NCBI GenBank assembly: GCA_964016885.1
Contig: OZ024758.1
Span: forward strand, 13,082,001 to 13,146,000
Length of the DNA stretch: 64,000 nucleotides
Direction: 5' to 3'
Origin: Eledone cirrhosa
Lineage: Eukaryota
This document shows, piece after piece, positions 27,720 through 42,459 of the stretch. The position numbers and the translations under genes were made by a program. Every line of letters starts with the position of its first letter. Positions within the stretch are counted from its first letter, which is position 1. The notes under the pieces are model-generated. The model saw only the letters and a program-made list of their open reading frames with translations, was not told where the DNA came from and did no database searches.

Positions 27720-28535
27720 TTGTATGTAAGAGATGTATGTAAGTGTATATGAAAGATGTGTGTGTATGTAAGATGTATATATGTGTGAATAAGAGTAAGA
27801 TGTCAGAACTATATGTAAATGTATATAAGTGTATATAAAATGTATGAGTAGATAAGTGTGTGTATATAAGATGTGTGTATGTATATAAGATGTGTGTATG
27901 TATATAAGATGTGTGTCTGTATATAAGGTGTGTGTATGTATATGACGTGTGTATGTATATGACGTGTGTATGTATATAAGGTGTGTGTATGTATATAAGG
28001 TGTGTGTATGTATATGACGTGTGTATGTATATGACGTGTGTATGTATATGACGTGTGTATGTATATAAGGTGTGTGTATGTATATAAGATGTGTGTATGT
28101 ATATAAGATGTGTGTATGTATATAAGGTGCATGTATATGTGTGTGTATATATATAAGGTGTGTGCATGTATATAAGATCTGTGTATGTATATAAGATGTG
28201 TATGTATATAAGGTGTGTGCATGTATATAAGATCTGTGTATGTATATAAGATCTGTGTATGTATATAAGATGTGTGTATGTATATAAGATGTGTGTATGT
28301 ATATAAGGTGTGTATATGTATATAAGGTGTGTGTATGTATATAAGGTGTGTGTATGTATATAAGGTGTGTGTATGTATATAAGATGTGTGTATGTATATA
28401 AGATGTGTGTATGTATATAAGATGTGTGTATGTATATAAGATGTGTGTATGTATATAAGGTGTGTATGTATGTAATATGCGTGTATGTATATAAGGTGTG
28501 TATATAATATGTATGTATGTATAAGGTGTGTATAT
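27720..28535. repeat. ~17-19-bp GTGTGTATGTATATAAGAT minisatellite
   Basis: Direct inspection. Confidence 0.85.
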
Positions 28536-28696
28536 GTAACTATAGGTAGTCTATCTCAATAGACTCTATTCAGTGTTTAGCTGTTGACATTGGTATTGTT
28601 AGATCTGAGATGTCATCTCACTGATGCTGGCTGGTGCAATACTCCTTTCTACAGATTGCAGCAGTGAAGTCTAACAATGTTGCATTTCATTTCACT

Positions 28697-29462
28697 GCCA
28701 ACACCACCACCATCAACACCACCACCACCACCATCAACACCACCACCACCATCAACAACACCACCATCAACACCATCACCACCATCAACACCACCATCAA
28801 CACCACCACCAACACCACCACCAACACCACCACCATCAACACCACCAACACCACCACCATCAACACCACCAACACCACCACCATCAACACCACCAACACC
28901 ACCACCATCAACACCACCATCAACACCACCAACACCACCACCATCAACACCATCAACACCACCACCATCAACACCACCATCAACACCGCCATCAACACCA
29001 CCACCGCCATCAACACCACCACCGCCATCAACACCACCATCAACACTACCACCGCCATCAACACTACCACCACCATCAACACCACTGCCATCAACACCAC
29101 CGCCATCAACACCACCGCCATCAACACCACCGCCATCAACACCACCGCCATCAACACCACCACCATCAACACCACCGCCATCAACACCACCACCATCAAC
29201 ACCACCGCCATCAACAACACCACCGCCATCAACACCACCACCATCAACACCACCATCAACACCACCACCACCATCAACAACACCACCACCATCAACAACA
29301 CCACCACCATCAACAACACCACCACCATCAACAACACCACCATCAACACCACCAACACCATCAACACCACCACCACCGACACCAACACCACAGACACCAA
29401 CACCACCGACACCGACACCACCGACAACACCAACGACACCAACACCACCACGGACACCAACA
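28697..29462. repeat. (CAC/CAT/CAA)n cryptic trinucleotide repeat
   Basis: Generates the T/N/I, P/S/T and V/L/M pseudo-ORFs. Confidence 0.9.
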
Positions 29463-30839
29463 ATTTTTATATATCTGTCCCTCTCTCATCATTGCCAATT
29501 CTCGTTTAACCCTTTAACAATTACATTTCTCTATATATACTATTGTATTTTCACAGTAAAGGCTTTATCTCACATAATATCGAATCTATGAGATTTTGAT
29601 CTTATTTATTTTGAGAACAATACCTGAACATCAGTATGAGCAGCCAGTTACAGCCAGTTTAAACAGAAAGAGGTGAGAGAATTCTGGCCCGATACGTTCG
29701 GTTTAAATGCTAAAGAATTAAAATAGAGTTTATATTTTACATCTGGCTTGGTCCTATGTCATACACACAAGGTGTGGCCATATAACAACCACAGAAGTGT
29801 TTAGTACAATATTTAACTGACATTTATATGTAGTGTCACGGGGGTTTACATATATTTACTGTAATGGAGGAAAACAGCAGTTATGCAGTGTACACACCCC
29901 AGTTGCAGAGGGTTGCTTTTTTTGTTTTTGATAAATAAATAATAAACTGTGTATAAGAGGAATAAACTGTAGTGTACAGGAGAGAAGACTGCATTGGTAT
30001 GGCCTTATGATGTGCATGGATGATGACTTCTGGGTGAAGAAATGCCAAGTAATCCCAGTGGAAGGAAGACACAGTAGAGGAAGACCATGGAAAACATGAG
30101 CGAAGGTGGTGAGAGCTGACCTCAGATTGCTGAAGCTCACGGAGGAGATGTCAAAGGACTGTGTTAAATGAAGAGATGCTGTGTTGAAGAGGACCCATCC
30201 CACCCTTGCAAGCAGGGAAAAGCGGACGTATGTTCAAACCAGCCATAACCAGTCCCTCATATTGATGTTAAGATATTGTTCTAAAAAAAATAGATAGTAT
30301 TAAAATCCCACACATTCGATATTATGTGAAATAATTATGTGAAGTAAAGTGTTTACCGTGAAAATACAATAGCAACTATAGAGTAATGTAAATGTTAAAG
30401 AGTTAAACTGTTAATTAAGTATTTTGGTAATTGGTGCTAAATACATATGATTTAGGTATAGGTTACAACAAAAGATTAACAGAATAAAAGAGCTTTGACT
30501 TCAGACAAGATGGTCTCCTCAAAACCATAGGCTCATGCTAACATTTTAGCTGTGTATACTGGAGTAATATGAAAGTTTTTAGGAACACCACACAACCCAG
30601 TCTAGGAATTAAACCCATGACATTATGAACTTAAGTCCAACATACTTACCACTAGGCCAAGCTCTTCCACAATGTTAATATTTGTAATAATTAATTTCAT
30701 TTCAGTCAGTATTGATGCAGGTTATGTTTAAATTATGTGATAACCTTCTTTATTGCCCCACATATTCCTGAGAGGGTCATGGAGGTTGTCCTCAGACATC
30801 CCTTCCAGAGGGGTCCTATTAGACACAGGCTTCTCCAAG

Positions 30840-30995
30840 TGATCCAGCTGGATCCCCAACTAAGTTTATGAAGGTTATTCAACCATCTTACTCATTATGA
30901 TCCTAAAGGTCTCCTTCCAGCTGGTTGGCTTTGCTTGTAAAATCTGTCCAGTGATTCTTTCCTTAGACATTCTAACCACATGTCTAATATGTGTC
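30840..30995 (-). mobile_element. Degenerate RTE-like LINE fragment
   Basis: The minus strand reads HVVRMSKERITGQILQAKP...GRRPLG with frameshifts. Confidence 0.5.
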
Positions 30996-31616
30996 AAGAA
31001 TTTCTAAATTTGGAACAAGTCTATAAATACCTGGCTAACATTTGTTTGGATTTGAACTCAGAACTTAGAAAGTCGTAACTAAATACCACAAAGCATATTG
31101 CTCAACGCTCTACAGATTCTGCCAATCCACCATCATAGATGTAAATATTATTATATCATATCAAGGGCGGTGGATTGGCAGTATTGGTAGAGGGTCGGAC
31201 GCCATGCTTTCGAGCATAGTTACGTCCCTTTACGATCTGAGTTCAAATCCCGCCGAGGTTGACTTTGCCTTTCATCCTTACGGGGTCGATAAAATAAAGT
31301 ACCAGTAATGAACTGGGTATTTGCTGGCCTTGTGCCTAAAGTAGAAACAATTATTATATCATATTTACTATGTAGTAAATATAATGATAATCTTTTTTGA
31401 TGTGACAAACATCATCATTATCATCGATTAACATCTATCTTCCATGCTAGTATGGGTTAGACAGGTTTGTCCCTTTTAGAGGCAAGTTGGGTTGGGTGAC
31501 CATGTCTCACTCATATCGGAGAGTTTATGGCTGGTTTTCTATGGTTGGTTGCCCTTCCTAATGCCAACCACATTGAGAGTGTGGGCTGGGTTCTTTTTGT
31601 CATGACATATTTTGCT

Positions 31617-32093
31617 AACCACAGAGGGGTTTGAACTAAGATCTGTCATATAACTGAACCACAGAGGGGTTTGAACTAAGATCTGTCATATAACTGAACC
31701 ACAGAGGGGTTTGAACTAAGATCTGTCATATAACTGAACCACAGAGGGGTTTGAACTAAGATCTGTCATATAACTGAACCACAGATGGGTTTGAACTAAG
31801 ATCTGTCATATAACTGAACCACAGGGGTTTGAACTAAGATCTGTCATATAACTGAACCACAGGGGTTTGAACTAAGATCTGTCATATAACTGAACCACAG
31901 AGGGGTTTGAACTAAGATCTGTCACATAACTGAACCACAGAGGGGTTTGAACTAAGATCTGTCACATAACTGAACCACAGATGGATTTGAACTAAGATCT
32001 GTCATATAACTGAACCACAGGGGTTTAAACTAAGATCTGTCATATAACGGAACCACAGATGGGTTTGAACTAAGATCTGTCACATAACTGAAC
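31617..32093. repeat. 40-bp minisatellite, ~12 copies
   Basis: Unit AACCACAGAGGGGTTTGAACTAAGATCTGTCATATAACTG. Confidence 0.95.
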
Positions 32094-33122
32094 TATGCAA
32101 ATAGTCATTCCCACTTATAAAACTATTTGACCTCTTTCTGTTATCAAGATAATGATTTCTAAAGTAAAATTTAATACCACAATTATGGGGTTGGGGTTGG
32201 GATGGGTGGTGTGGATTATTATCAAACTCAATACTTGTCTGAAAGTGGTGCATTGACAGAGTCGTTAGGTCAGATAGAATGATTTACAGTATCTGTCGCT
32301 CTCTGCTCACTGAGTTCAAATCTCACCAAAGTTATTTTTGCCTTTGATACTTTCGAGGGCAATAAAGAGAAAAAGTACCAGTCAAATACAGGGGCCAATT
32401 CTTCCTCTATATCGCTTTCTCACTTCCATTTTCTCCACTACTTTCTATCTGTCTCTGGAAGAAATCTGCTGTATTCAGACCTGAAGCGAGATGATGTGCT
32501 CTGCTAGGTTTAAAAAATGTCCAAGAAACGCTGTATGTCAATACCGCGCCTTACAACTCCATCAGTTGCAGGACAAAACCATTATACTTGTCTGATACAT
32601 TGGAGTGTCCTAAAGTCTGTCTCGAGCCCGGAGACTCATCACACTGGTGCCTGTTCTGGTTTCTGTGCCCTTAAGCGACTGAGGGCACCACACTCCCCAC
32701 TGGACTGGACGCCAGTCCATCACAGGGTTAAACCTCCCCCAGATATTGCTGGTACTCATTTTCAGCTGAGTATACTGGAGCAACGTAAAATAAAGTGTTT
32801 TGCTCTCAAGAACATAACACAACAAACAACCCAGTCCAGGAATCGAACCCATAATGATGTCTTTCATTGTTTATTTGAATAATAATAATAATATTAATAA
32901 TAATAATGATTTCTGAATTGGGCACAAGGCCAACAATTTTGGGGGAGAGGGAAATTCGATTATACGACCCCAGTGTATTACTGGTACTTTATTTTATCGA
33001 ACCTGTAAAAGGATGAAAGGCAAAGCTATCTATCTATCTACGGCGGGATTTGAACTCGGAACGTAAAGGGCCATAACTTTATGCCGCGAAGCATTTTCTC
33101 CGACTTTCTACCGATTTATGAC

Positions 33123-33153
<31 letters not shown>

Positions 33154-33561
33154 GTTTCTACTTTTGGTACAAGGCCAGCAATTACTCCAGTGCATTACTG
33201 GTACTTTATTTTATCAGTAATGCACTGGGATAATTGCTGGCCTTCTGCCAAAAGTAGAAAGAATTTGCAGATCTGTAGAGGAAGGGCAAAATGAAATGAA
33301 GTGTTGGCTTTCATGCTTTACCAATTGATTTTCTAACGTACGTAACTGAAGCGAAACGATTGTCTGATTCATAACATGATATCGATCGCAAAAGAAAATA
33401 ATACTAAAATACACCCACATAGTTCCGATATGTGGGACATGTAGTGGGACACACATATCTAGATTTATACAGAGCTTTTCATAATATTTAACCACAGAAT
33501 ATGTCAACTGTTGTTGATAGTCATTTAGAAGGGAGAAAATCTATTCTTTAACTAGAGTTGA

Positions 33562-33860
33562 TTAACCCTTTAACATTTACATTACTCTATATATATACGT
33601 GTACTATTGTATTTTCACAGTAAAGGCTTTACCTCACATAATACCTCACATAACATTTACATTACTCTATATTTACTATTGTTTTTTCATGGTAAAAGCT
33701 TTACTTCACATAATTATCTCACATAATATCGAATCTATGAGATTTTGATATTATTTATTTTGAGAACAATACCTTAACATCAGTATGAGTACCCGGTTAC
33801 GGCCGGTTTGAACAGAAAGGGGTGAGAGATATCTGGCTGGTTTAAATGCTAAAGGGTTAA
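33562..33860 (+). mobile_element. piggyBac-like MITE with internal duplication
   Basis: TTAA flanks at 33562-33565 and 33857-33860. Same family; further copies at 26563-26968, 29506-29720, 30232-30406(-) and 48867-48990(-). Confidence 0.8.
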
Positions 33861-34747
33861 GTCCAACGAGCCAACGAAAGTAGAGGGGCGGACTGTCTTT
33901 ATGACGTGGTTGCTCTATATGCTAGAAATAGCAGCCAAAGCATTCTCCAACCATTCATATAAACGTCTTCAACAAGCATAACTATATTTTTAAAAAAGGG
34001 TTTAGGTGGTAGACAGCTTTCACTGCCAAATGTCTTTATATTCGAGCATTAATTAATAAAGTATATACACACAAGATCTCCCCTAAAAATGTATACACAT
34101 TTATTAGACTGCTGTTGAAGTGTGTGTATATTTTTTTTGGACAGCCTGTATATTCTAATGCTTGTAATAATTATTTCTACTATCGCAAAAGAAGTATTTA
34201 TGGTGAAAATAACAGACGTTATTGTCAGGAAGCTTAATGAAATAAGTCTTCACAAATATTAATAATATTTGGGTTTGTTTTCTTTTAAGCTCCAGATTAA
34301 TGTTCAGTCAGATAACCTATAATTAAAAAGCCCTCCTGCCATGACCATCTCGTCTGTATTATATATACATGGCTTAGTGGTTAGAGCATTGGCCTTGCAA
34401 TCGAAAGGTTGTGAGTTCAATTCTCAGACCGGGTGATGTGTTGTTTCCTTGAGCAAGACACTTTATTTCACATTGCTCCAGTTTACTCAGCTGTAGAAAT
34501 GAGATGATAGGGACTGGGGTCCATATCATTCCACTGTAAAGTGGTCGTGGAGGTGCCACGGCAAAAAAGCACCCAGCCCACACTGTAAAGTGGACGTGGA
34601 GGTGCCACGGAAAAAAGCACCCACTACTCACTGTAAATGAGGTTGGTGTTAGGAAGGGCATCCAGCTGTAGAAATCAAGCCAGAATCAGTTCCCGTCCCA
34701 CTCTTGCAAGCAGGGAAAAAGCGGACGTAAAAAGATAATGATGATAT

Positions 34748-34890
34748 ATAATGATGGTTACGTATATAACATGATTGACATGTCCATTACGAGGGAATCG
34801 TCTGCATGAGTGGTGGTCACTGAACCTGCTAGAAATAACAGCCGACTCTCATATCTTAACACAACAGACGACATATAATGTAGCTATGTA

Positions 34891-34934
<44 letters not shown>

Positions 34935-35288
34935 TGATGGTCACGTATATAACATATTATTGACATGTCCATTACGAGGACACCGCCTGCATGACGATGG
35001 TGGTTACTGGACCTGCTAGAAATAACTGCCGACTCTCGTATCTTAAAACATGCGACTTAATATAGTGTATATTTTCGGAACGTTCGTCGCCAGGTGATCC
35101 TTGGACAACCCCGCCTCCGTTTACCGCCAGTGTATATATATATACACACACACACATTGATGGTGGCGTATATAATATATATTCACATGGCCATGTCCAT
35201 TACGAGAAAATCGTCTGCATGATGGTGGTGGTCACTGGACCTGCTAGAAATAGCAGTCAACTCTCACTTATATCCTGCGACATAATAG

Positions 35289-35319
<31 letters not shown>

Positions 35320-35645
35320 GTCTCGTAAATAACATTATTCATATGCCCATTACAGTTGGTGGTGGTCACTGAACCAGTTAGAAATAGCAGCTAACCCTCA
35401 TATCTTAAAACAACAACAGACATAAGATAGCTCTCTCTATATAATATTAATATATACAGTCATGGTCACGTATATAACATATTATTGACATGTCTTTTAC
35501 GAGGACATCGTCTGCATTGTAGTGGTAGTCACTGAACCTGCTAGAAATAACAGCCAACTCTTATATCTTAACACAACAGGCGACATAATATACTATAGCT
35601 ATATATATACATACATTGATGGTTACGTATATAACATATTTTATC
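34748..35645. repeat. Degenerate ~160-220-bp tandem repeat, ~5 units
   Basis: Repeated GGTCACGTATATAACAT...CCATTACGAG...CCTGCTAGAAATAACAGCC, separated by microsatellites. Confidence 0.75.
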
Positions 35646-36383
35646 ATAGTCTGTTCAGTTGGGGCTGATATTAGAGGGACTAACTCAACAACAATAGCCC
35701 TCCCCTTAATATATTTTCTCCAAATAGTGCATGAAAATATAAATATATATCTTGGTAGTGTACATAGTTGGTAGACTCTAATAAACTCCTGCCACCATAT
35801 CTGCTGCTGCCATCCTCTTACTATTAAACAGTACCACTTTTTCTTCTCATTCCCTCCTACGTTATATAAAACTAAAACTAAATAAAATAGCACAGTTTTG
35901 ACCTACATTTTCATCTTTTCAAGCTTGTTACAAATAAATACTCGTGTGTGTTTAACACTGAAATTAGAGCAGCCACCATAATAAATGATAAAATGTTAAC
36001 ATATTTGCCTTTTATTTTTTCATAACGAAATATTTTTAGAACTCAGAAATATGTTTGTATATATATTATATACATACATAATTATATATATTCACAGGGT
36101 GTCCCCCAAAAAATGTATGCACATATCAACAGTATTCTAATCAGTGTGTATACATTTTATAGAGACGTCCTGTATATATATAGATGTTCATTTTATTCCA
36201 CATTATGTGGTCTAAAATAAAGTACCAGTAATGCACTGGGTAATTTCTGGCCTTGTGCCAAAAGTAGAAACAATTATGTGGTCTATATGCCCTAATATTA
36301 AAATATGTTCTGTAGTCAAAAGACAGCGAAATCTTTAATAGAGTTGTCATATTTTTAATCGCTGTCGTATTATAAACAAACAT

Positions 36384-36432
<49 letters not shown>

Positions 36433-36685
36433 GTATTTATATATTCGTCTTGTTATAGAAATGACTTCTACAGGACTAGAACTGTTTCATTCGTAATAAT
36501 ATTATCTGTGTCCTTGGACAAATGTTACAAATGTAACTGGAAGTATATTTAGCTGTTATTTCTAGCAAATAAAGCTGCCGTACGAGTTTGTTGCTGAAAC
36601 GAAAGAAATTCCGATATGTTTTTTTTATGTTTATCAATTTCTAACTATTTATTACCATATAACAAATATATAAGATTAAATAGAA

Positions 36686-36763
<78 letters not shown>

Positions 36764-37252
36764 ATTAATTATTGCCAGGAACATATTTAATTAAACTTAG
36801 AAACGGCTGGAAAAATATAAAGAGATAGAGGAAGTCTTTAAAAAGGAATTTAACTTATTTAGAAAATGTAGCACAAACGAACTCTAAGTAAAACATTCTC
36901 TCGGAGTACAAACAAAATATCTGACATTTTCTACATAACTGTTACACCCCCATAAAATATAGGTACTAAATTGGCGAACAAACTAGCTTCTTTAAATTAT
37001 AGATTATGTTGTTATTATTAAGTAAATAATAATTATATTTGTTGTTTTAACATTTATTCATTTATTAATACCAATGTTGGAAATGGTATAAAGTTTAAAT
37101 TTCGACATAGAGTATCGTCCTTTCAGGGTTGATTAAATTAAGATATCATATATATATGTATACACACACACACATATATACACGGTGTCCCCCCCAAAAA
37201 TGTATACACCCTTTGATTACCTGTACTGGCAATATTTATTAGAATGCTTTTG

Positions 37253-37403
<151 letters not shown>

Positions 37404-37560
37404 TAGGTATTCAGCTTGTTATATATATATATATATAATGTAGGAGGTGAGTGTTATTGTAGTACAATAAAGCAATGCAGATATCGGATAAGAAGCACTC
37501 TACAGTTTGTAGGACTGGAGTATACATAATATATAATGGAGCTCATTTAACCATCTTTTG

Positions 37561-37623
<63 letters not shown>

Positions 37624-38066
37624 TGTGTGATATTTACGAAACTATTTATGAAAAAAAAACTAGTCAGTTGGTTCGTAAATGAAGAGTGGGTGAGAGAGAG
37701 AGAGATTTTTTCCCAAGTAGGTCAAGAATGCCGCAGTGGTGCTAGCTCTCTTGTATATGTGTGTGTATATATGTGTATATATATATATATATATATTTAT
37801 ATAGGTAAAATACATACACGTATATATATAAAGTGAAATATTTCTGTAGAATATAAGCAGCATCCAGTGTGTATGTAGTGTCGACTGAAGGCTGGGAAAG
37901 TCTCCGTGTACAAAGTTAGGATATATTATATATGTGTGTATATATATATAGTTCAAATCCCGACGAGGTTGACTTTGCCCTTCATCCTTACGGTATCGAT
38001 AAAATAAAGTACCAGTAATGCACGGAGTAATTCTGGCCTTGTGTCTAAAGTAGAAACAATTATATA

Positions 38067-38160
<94 letters not shown>

Positions 38161-38250
38161 AAGGTTCTATTTAAAATTGTTGGGATACAAGTAAATATTT
38201 TTATAACTGATATAAAGCACTCGACAAATTTTTGGAGTAGATATACGATC

Positions 38251-38300
<50 letters not shown>

Positions 38301-38846
38301 CTAGAACCTCTAGGTAAATATATATACATATATATATATATATGTACAGGGTGTGTGTGTGTGTCCAAAAAATAAAAATGTATACACACTTAGATTACCT
38401 GTACAGGCAATTTTGTTAGAATGCTGTTGAAGTATGTATACATTTTTGGGAGGCACCTGTATGTTATATATATATATACACATATATATACACACCCCCA
38501 CATGGTGTTGGATTTACTATGCAGCATGTGAGAGGTGGTGTGAATATCACAGGTGACCGAGTTTATTGACGTTTAATGCATACATGTGCACCGTGTGAAC
38601 GAATGTATACATACATACATACATATATATACACACACATTCGTTTTATATATATATATGCGCAGTGCCCCAAATAATCTAAAGACACTTTAATTAGAAT
38701 GTTGTTGAAGTGGTGAAGTGTGTATATATTTTTAGAACACTGTCCCCCACAAACATATACACACTTCAACATTATAATAAATATTATAAATATTGCCTAT
38801 ATAGGTAACCAGTGTGTATACATTTTTGGAAGACACTTTGTATGTG

Positions 38847-38887
<41 letters not shown>

Positions 38888-39000
38888 TATTAGGATTGGT
38901 ATATATATATATATATATAGTATTAGGATTGGTATATATACATATATATATATATATATATTCTAACTATAGCCTCTAGGTATATATATATATATATACA

Positions 39001-39096
39001 CAGGGTGTTCCCCCAAAAATGTATACATACTTAGATTACCTCTACAGGCAATTTTGTTAGAATGGTGTTGAAGTGTATATACATTTTTTGGGACAC
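39001..39096. mobile_element. ~100-bp Tc1/mariner-like MITE (TIR CAGGGTGTCCCCCAAAAATGTATAC)
   Basis: Inverted termini in a TA/CA context. Copies at 23040-23138, 34075-34150, 36094-36173, 37183, 38347-38460, 38664-38840 and 17285-17340. Confidence 0.65.
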
Positions 39097-39133
39097 GTGT
39101 GTGTGTGTGTCTCTGTGTGTGTGTGTATCTGTG

Positions 39134-39212
<79 letters not shown>

Positions 39213-39970
39213 GTTCGTATTGATTTATTAAGGAGTTAAAGTACCTAAATGATATATTTACCAAGGAAGAAGCAGCAGAGAAGACAAGAACACAAGAACA
39301 ATGTTTTATTTAACTATCAATGAAATCTTATTGTTGCCTTTGGTTATCGATCTCGGCACTATTTGAAATCCGATTCGACAGGAAATAACAAATTAGACGA
39401 CTGTTCTCTGATTCTATCTCTCTCCCTCTTTCTCTCTCTCCCTCTTTCTCTCCCTCTCCCTCTTTCCCTCTTTCTCTTTCTCTCTCTCCCTCTTTCTCTC
39501 TCCCTCTTTCTCTCTTTCTCTTTCTTTCTCCCTCTCTCTCACCCTTTCTCTCTCTCACCCTTTCTCTCTCTATCTATCTATCTCTCTCACCCTTTCTCTC
39601 TCTATCTATCTATCTATCTCACCCTTTCTCTCTCTCTCACCCTTTCTCTCTCTATCTATCTATCTCTCTCTGTATCTATCTCTTGATATCTCTCTCTCTA
39701 TATATATATATATCCCTCTCATTCCAATAGTCCATGTAATCATACTAAAGAAATCGTAGTAACAGACTTACATAACTTTCCTATTTTACTATTAATATAC
39801 GTTCTCTATTAATAAAATTCCTTCTCTCCTCTCACATAAAAGGTTGTTACTAATATATTGTACATCTCAATGGAAAGTGAAACTCTCTTCTACTTGATTG
39901 TCACGGTTGTGTTTCCTCTAATGGAGATTTTGACAAGAGAGCCATACATTGTTTATCCAATTGGATATAC

Positions 39971-40503
39971 AATGTATGGAACCAGCTGCTGAAACGGCAA
40001 GAGCTCAGCCGTCGGGGTCCTGACATATGAATAATTGTATGGAACCAGCTGCTGAAACGGCAAGAGCTCAGCCGTCGGGGTCCTGACTTATGAATAATGT
40101 ATGGAACCAGCTGCTGAAACGGCAAGAGCTCAGCCGTCGGGCTCCTGACTTATGAATAATGTATGGAACCAGCTGCTGAAACGGCAAGAGCTCAGCCGTC
40201 GGGCTCCTGACTTATGAATAATTGTATGGAACCAGCTGCTGAAACGGCAAGAGCTCAGCCGTCGGGGTCCTGACTTATAAATAATGTATGGAACCAGCTG
40301 CTGAAACGGCAAGAGCTCAGCCGTCGGGGTCCTGACATATGAATAATTGTATGGAACCAGCTGCTGAAACGGCAAGAGCTCAGCCGTCGGGGTCCTGACT
40401 TATAAATAATGTATGGAACCAGCTGCTGAAACGGCAAGAGCTCAGCTGTCGGGGTCCTGACTTATGAACAATGTATGGAACTAGCTGTTGAAATGACGAG
40501 CTC
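39971..40503 (+). repeat. 62-63-bp tandem array (8 full + 1 partial) of family A hairpin arm
   Basis: Unit AATGTATGGAACCAGCTGCTGAAACGGCAAGAGCTCAGCCGTCGGGGTCCTGACTTATGAAT matches 58497-58550. Confidence 0.92.
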
Positions 40504-40644
40504 TGTATTTTTTTACCTATGGGTCTAATAATTTATATAAATGGTTTAATGATCCAGCCACCATAGTGTTTCTTTGCACCTATGATAATCAAAGACAGGT
40601 GATACATATGAAGAAGTTTCTTTTTTCACTCTCCAACCGACAGG

Positions 40645-41096
40645 AGACCCAGGGGTAGACCTCAAGCAAGATGGTCAGATAACATCCATGAGCTCTGCTG
40701 GTCTCTCCAGCCTCGAGACCCAGGAGTAGACCCCATGGTCAGATAACATCCATGAGCTCTGCTGGTCTCTCCAGCCTCAAGAACCAGGAGTAGACCCCAG
40801 GGTCAGAAAACAACCATGAGCTCTGCTGGTCTCTCCAGCCTCAAGAACCAGGAGTAGACCCCATGGTCAGAAAACAACCATGAGCTCTGCTGGTCTCTCC
40901 AGCCTCGAGACCCAGGAGTAGACCCCATGGTCAGATAACAACCATGAGCTCTGCTGGTCTCTCCAGCCTCAAGAACCAGGAGTAGACCCCATGGTCAGAA
41001 AACAACCATGAGCTCTGCTGGTCTCTCCAGCCTCAAGAACCAGGAGTAGACCCCAGGGTCAGAAAACAACCATGAGCTCTGCTGGTCTCTCCAGCC
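40645..41096. repeat. 64-bp minisatellite, ~7 copies
   Basis: Unit CAGGAGTAGACCCCATGGTCAGAAAACAACCATGAGCTCTGCTGGTCTCTCCAGCCTCAAGAAC. Confidence 0.93.
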
Positions 41097-41311
41097 ACTC
41101 TCTGTCCTATTACAACATCACTCTTCTTCATCCATTTCAGCCTCTCTGGTTGTGTCCCATTCATTACAGTATCACAATTCTACAATACAGATTGTCTTTC
41201 ACTAATAGACTGACTGGCTGGCTGTTTCTATGGTAACACTCTCTCAAATTGCTTCTACAATGTTCTTAGCTTAGCTACTATAGCAAGATGAACAATTAAT
41301 TATACTTACTG

Positions 41312-41368
<57 letters not shown>

Positions 41369-41370
<2 letters not shown>

Positions 41371-41715
41371 AGGCACATGGCTGAGTGGTTAGAGAATTGG
41401 CCTTGCAATCGAAAGGTTGTGAGTTCAATTCTCAGACCGGGTGATGTGTTGTTTCCATGAGCAAGACACTTTATTTCACATTGCTCCAGTTTACTCAGCT
41501 GTAGAAATGAGATGATAGGGACTGGGGTCCATATCCATTCCACTGCAAAGTGGTCGTGGAGGTGCCACGGTAAAAAAGCACCCAGCACTCACTGTAAATG
41601 AGGTTGGTGTTAGGAAGGGCATCCAGCTGCAGAAACCAAGCCAGAATCAGTTCCCTGTCCCACCCTTGCAAGCAGCGAAAAGCGGACGTAAAATGAAATG
41701 ATGATGATGAAATGA
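41369..41715 (+). mobile_element. tRNA-derived SINE family 2 with RTE-like 3' tail (representative)
   Basis: Head TGGCTGAGTGGTTAGA...GAGTTCAATTCTC, central GAGCAAGACACTTTATTTC and tail CCCACCCTTGCAAGCAG..AAAGCGGACGTAAAA(TGA)n. Copies at 26190, 34370, 43220(-), 43598, 55189 and 61632(-). Confidence 0.85.
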
Positions 41716-42394
41716 TGATATATATATACATTTGATAAATTCCGACCTCACACACTTACACCTCTCCAAGACAATGTCACTGGACCGATTTCTTTGGTGC
41801 TACACAGTAATACAGAAGACCCGCCTTGCCTAAGTACAAAGTGAAACCTACAGTCAGTAGGCACCTCTTTCCAAAATACACCCACGTTCCACTACCCCCA
41901 CCCCATCCACACCACCCCTTTCAATGTAAAGTTATGTTGGTGCCACAACATCCAGTCCGAAACAAATGAGGTTGTGTAGGTCTCACAACAAAAAAACACA
42001 GTCCACGCTGTAATGTGGCTGTGTAGGTAACACGGTAAAAACCTCCCAGTCCACGCTGTAAACGTGGTTGGTGTTAGGAAGGGCATCCAGCCGTAGAAAA
42101 CCCGCCAGACAGTCCTATACGAGCAAGACAACCAACCTTGCCTCAAGTGGGCAAATTCTCGTCCAAACCCATGCAAGCGTGGAAGATGGACGTTAAACGA
42201 TGATGACGATGATGACGATGATGATGATGATATGTGTGTATAAGCACTTTGTCTACACCTCCCACGCCCTAACATTCCATCACCAGATAAGTACCCCACC
42301 ATAGACCTACCTCTCCAATCCCCTCTCTACATACACACACACCTCACCGTTTCCACATCTGATACACCTTGCTTGTTCAGCCATTTAAAATAAA

Positions 42395-42459
<65 letters not shown>

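Noticed and set aside
28634-29591. Mucin/extensin-like ORFs
   Set aside because: A trinucleotide repeat open in several frames on both strands, with no supported splice context.
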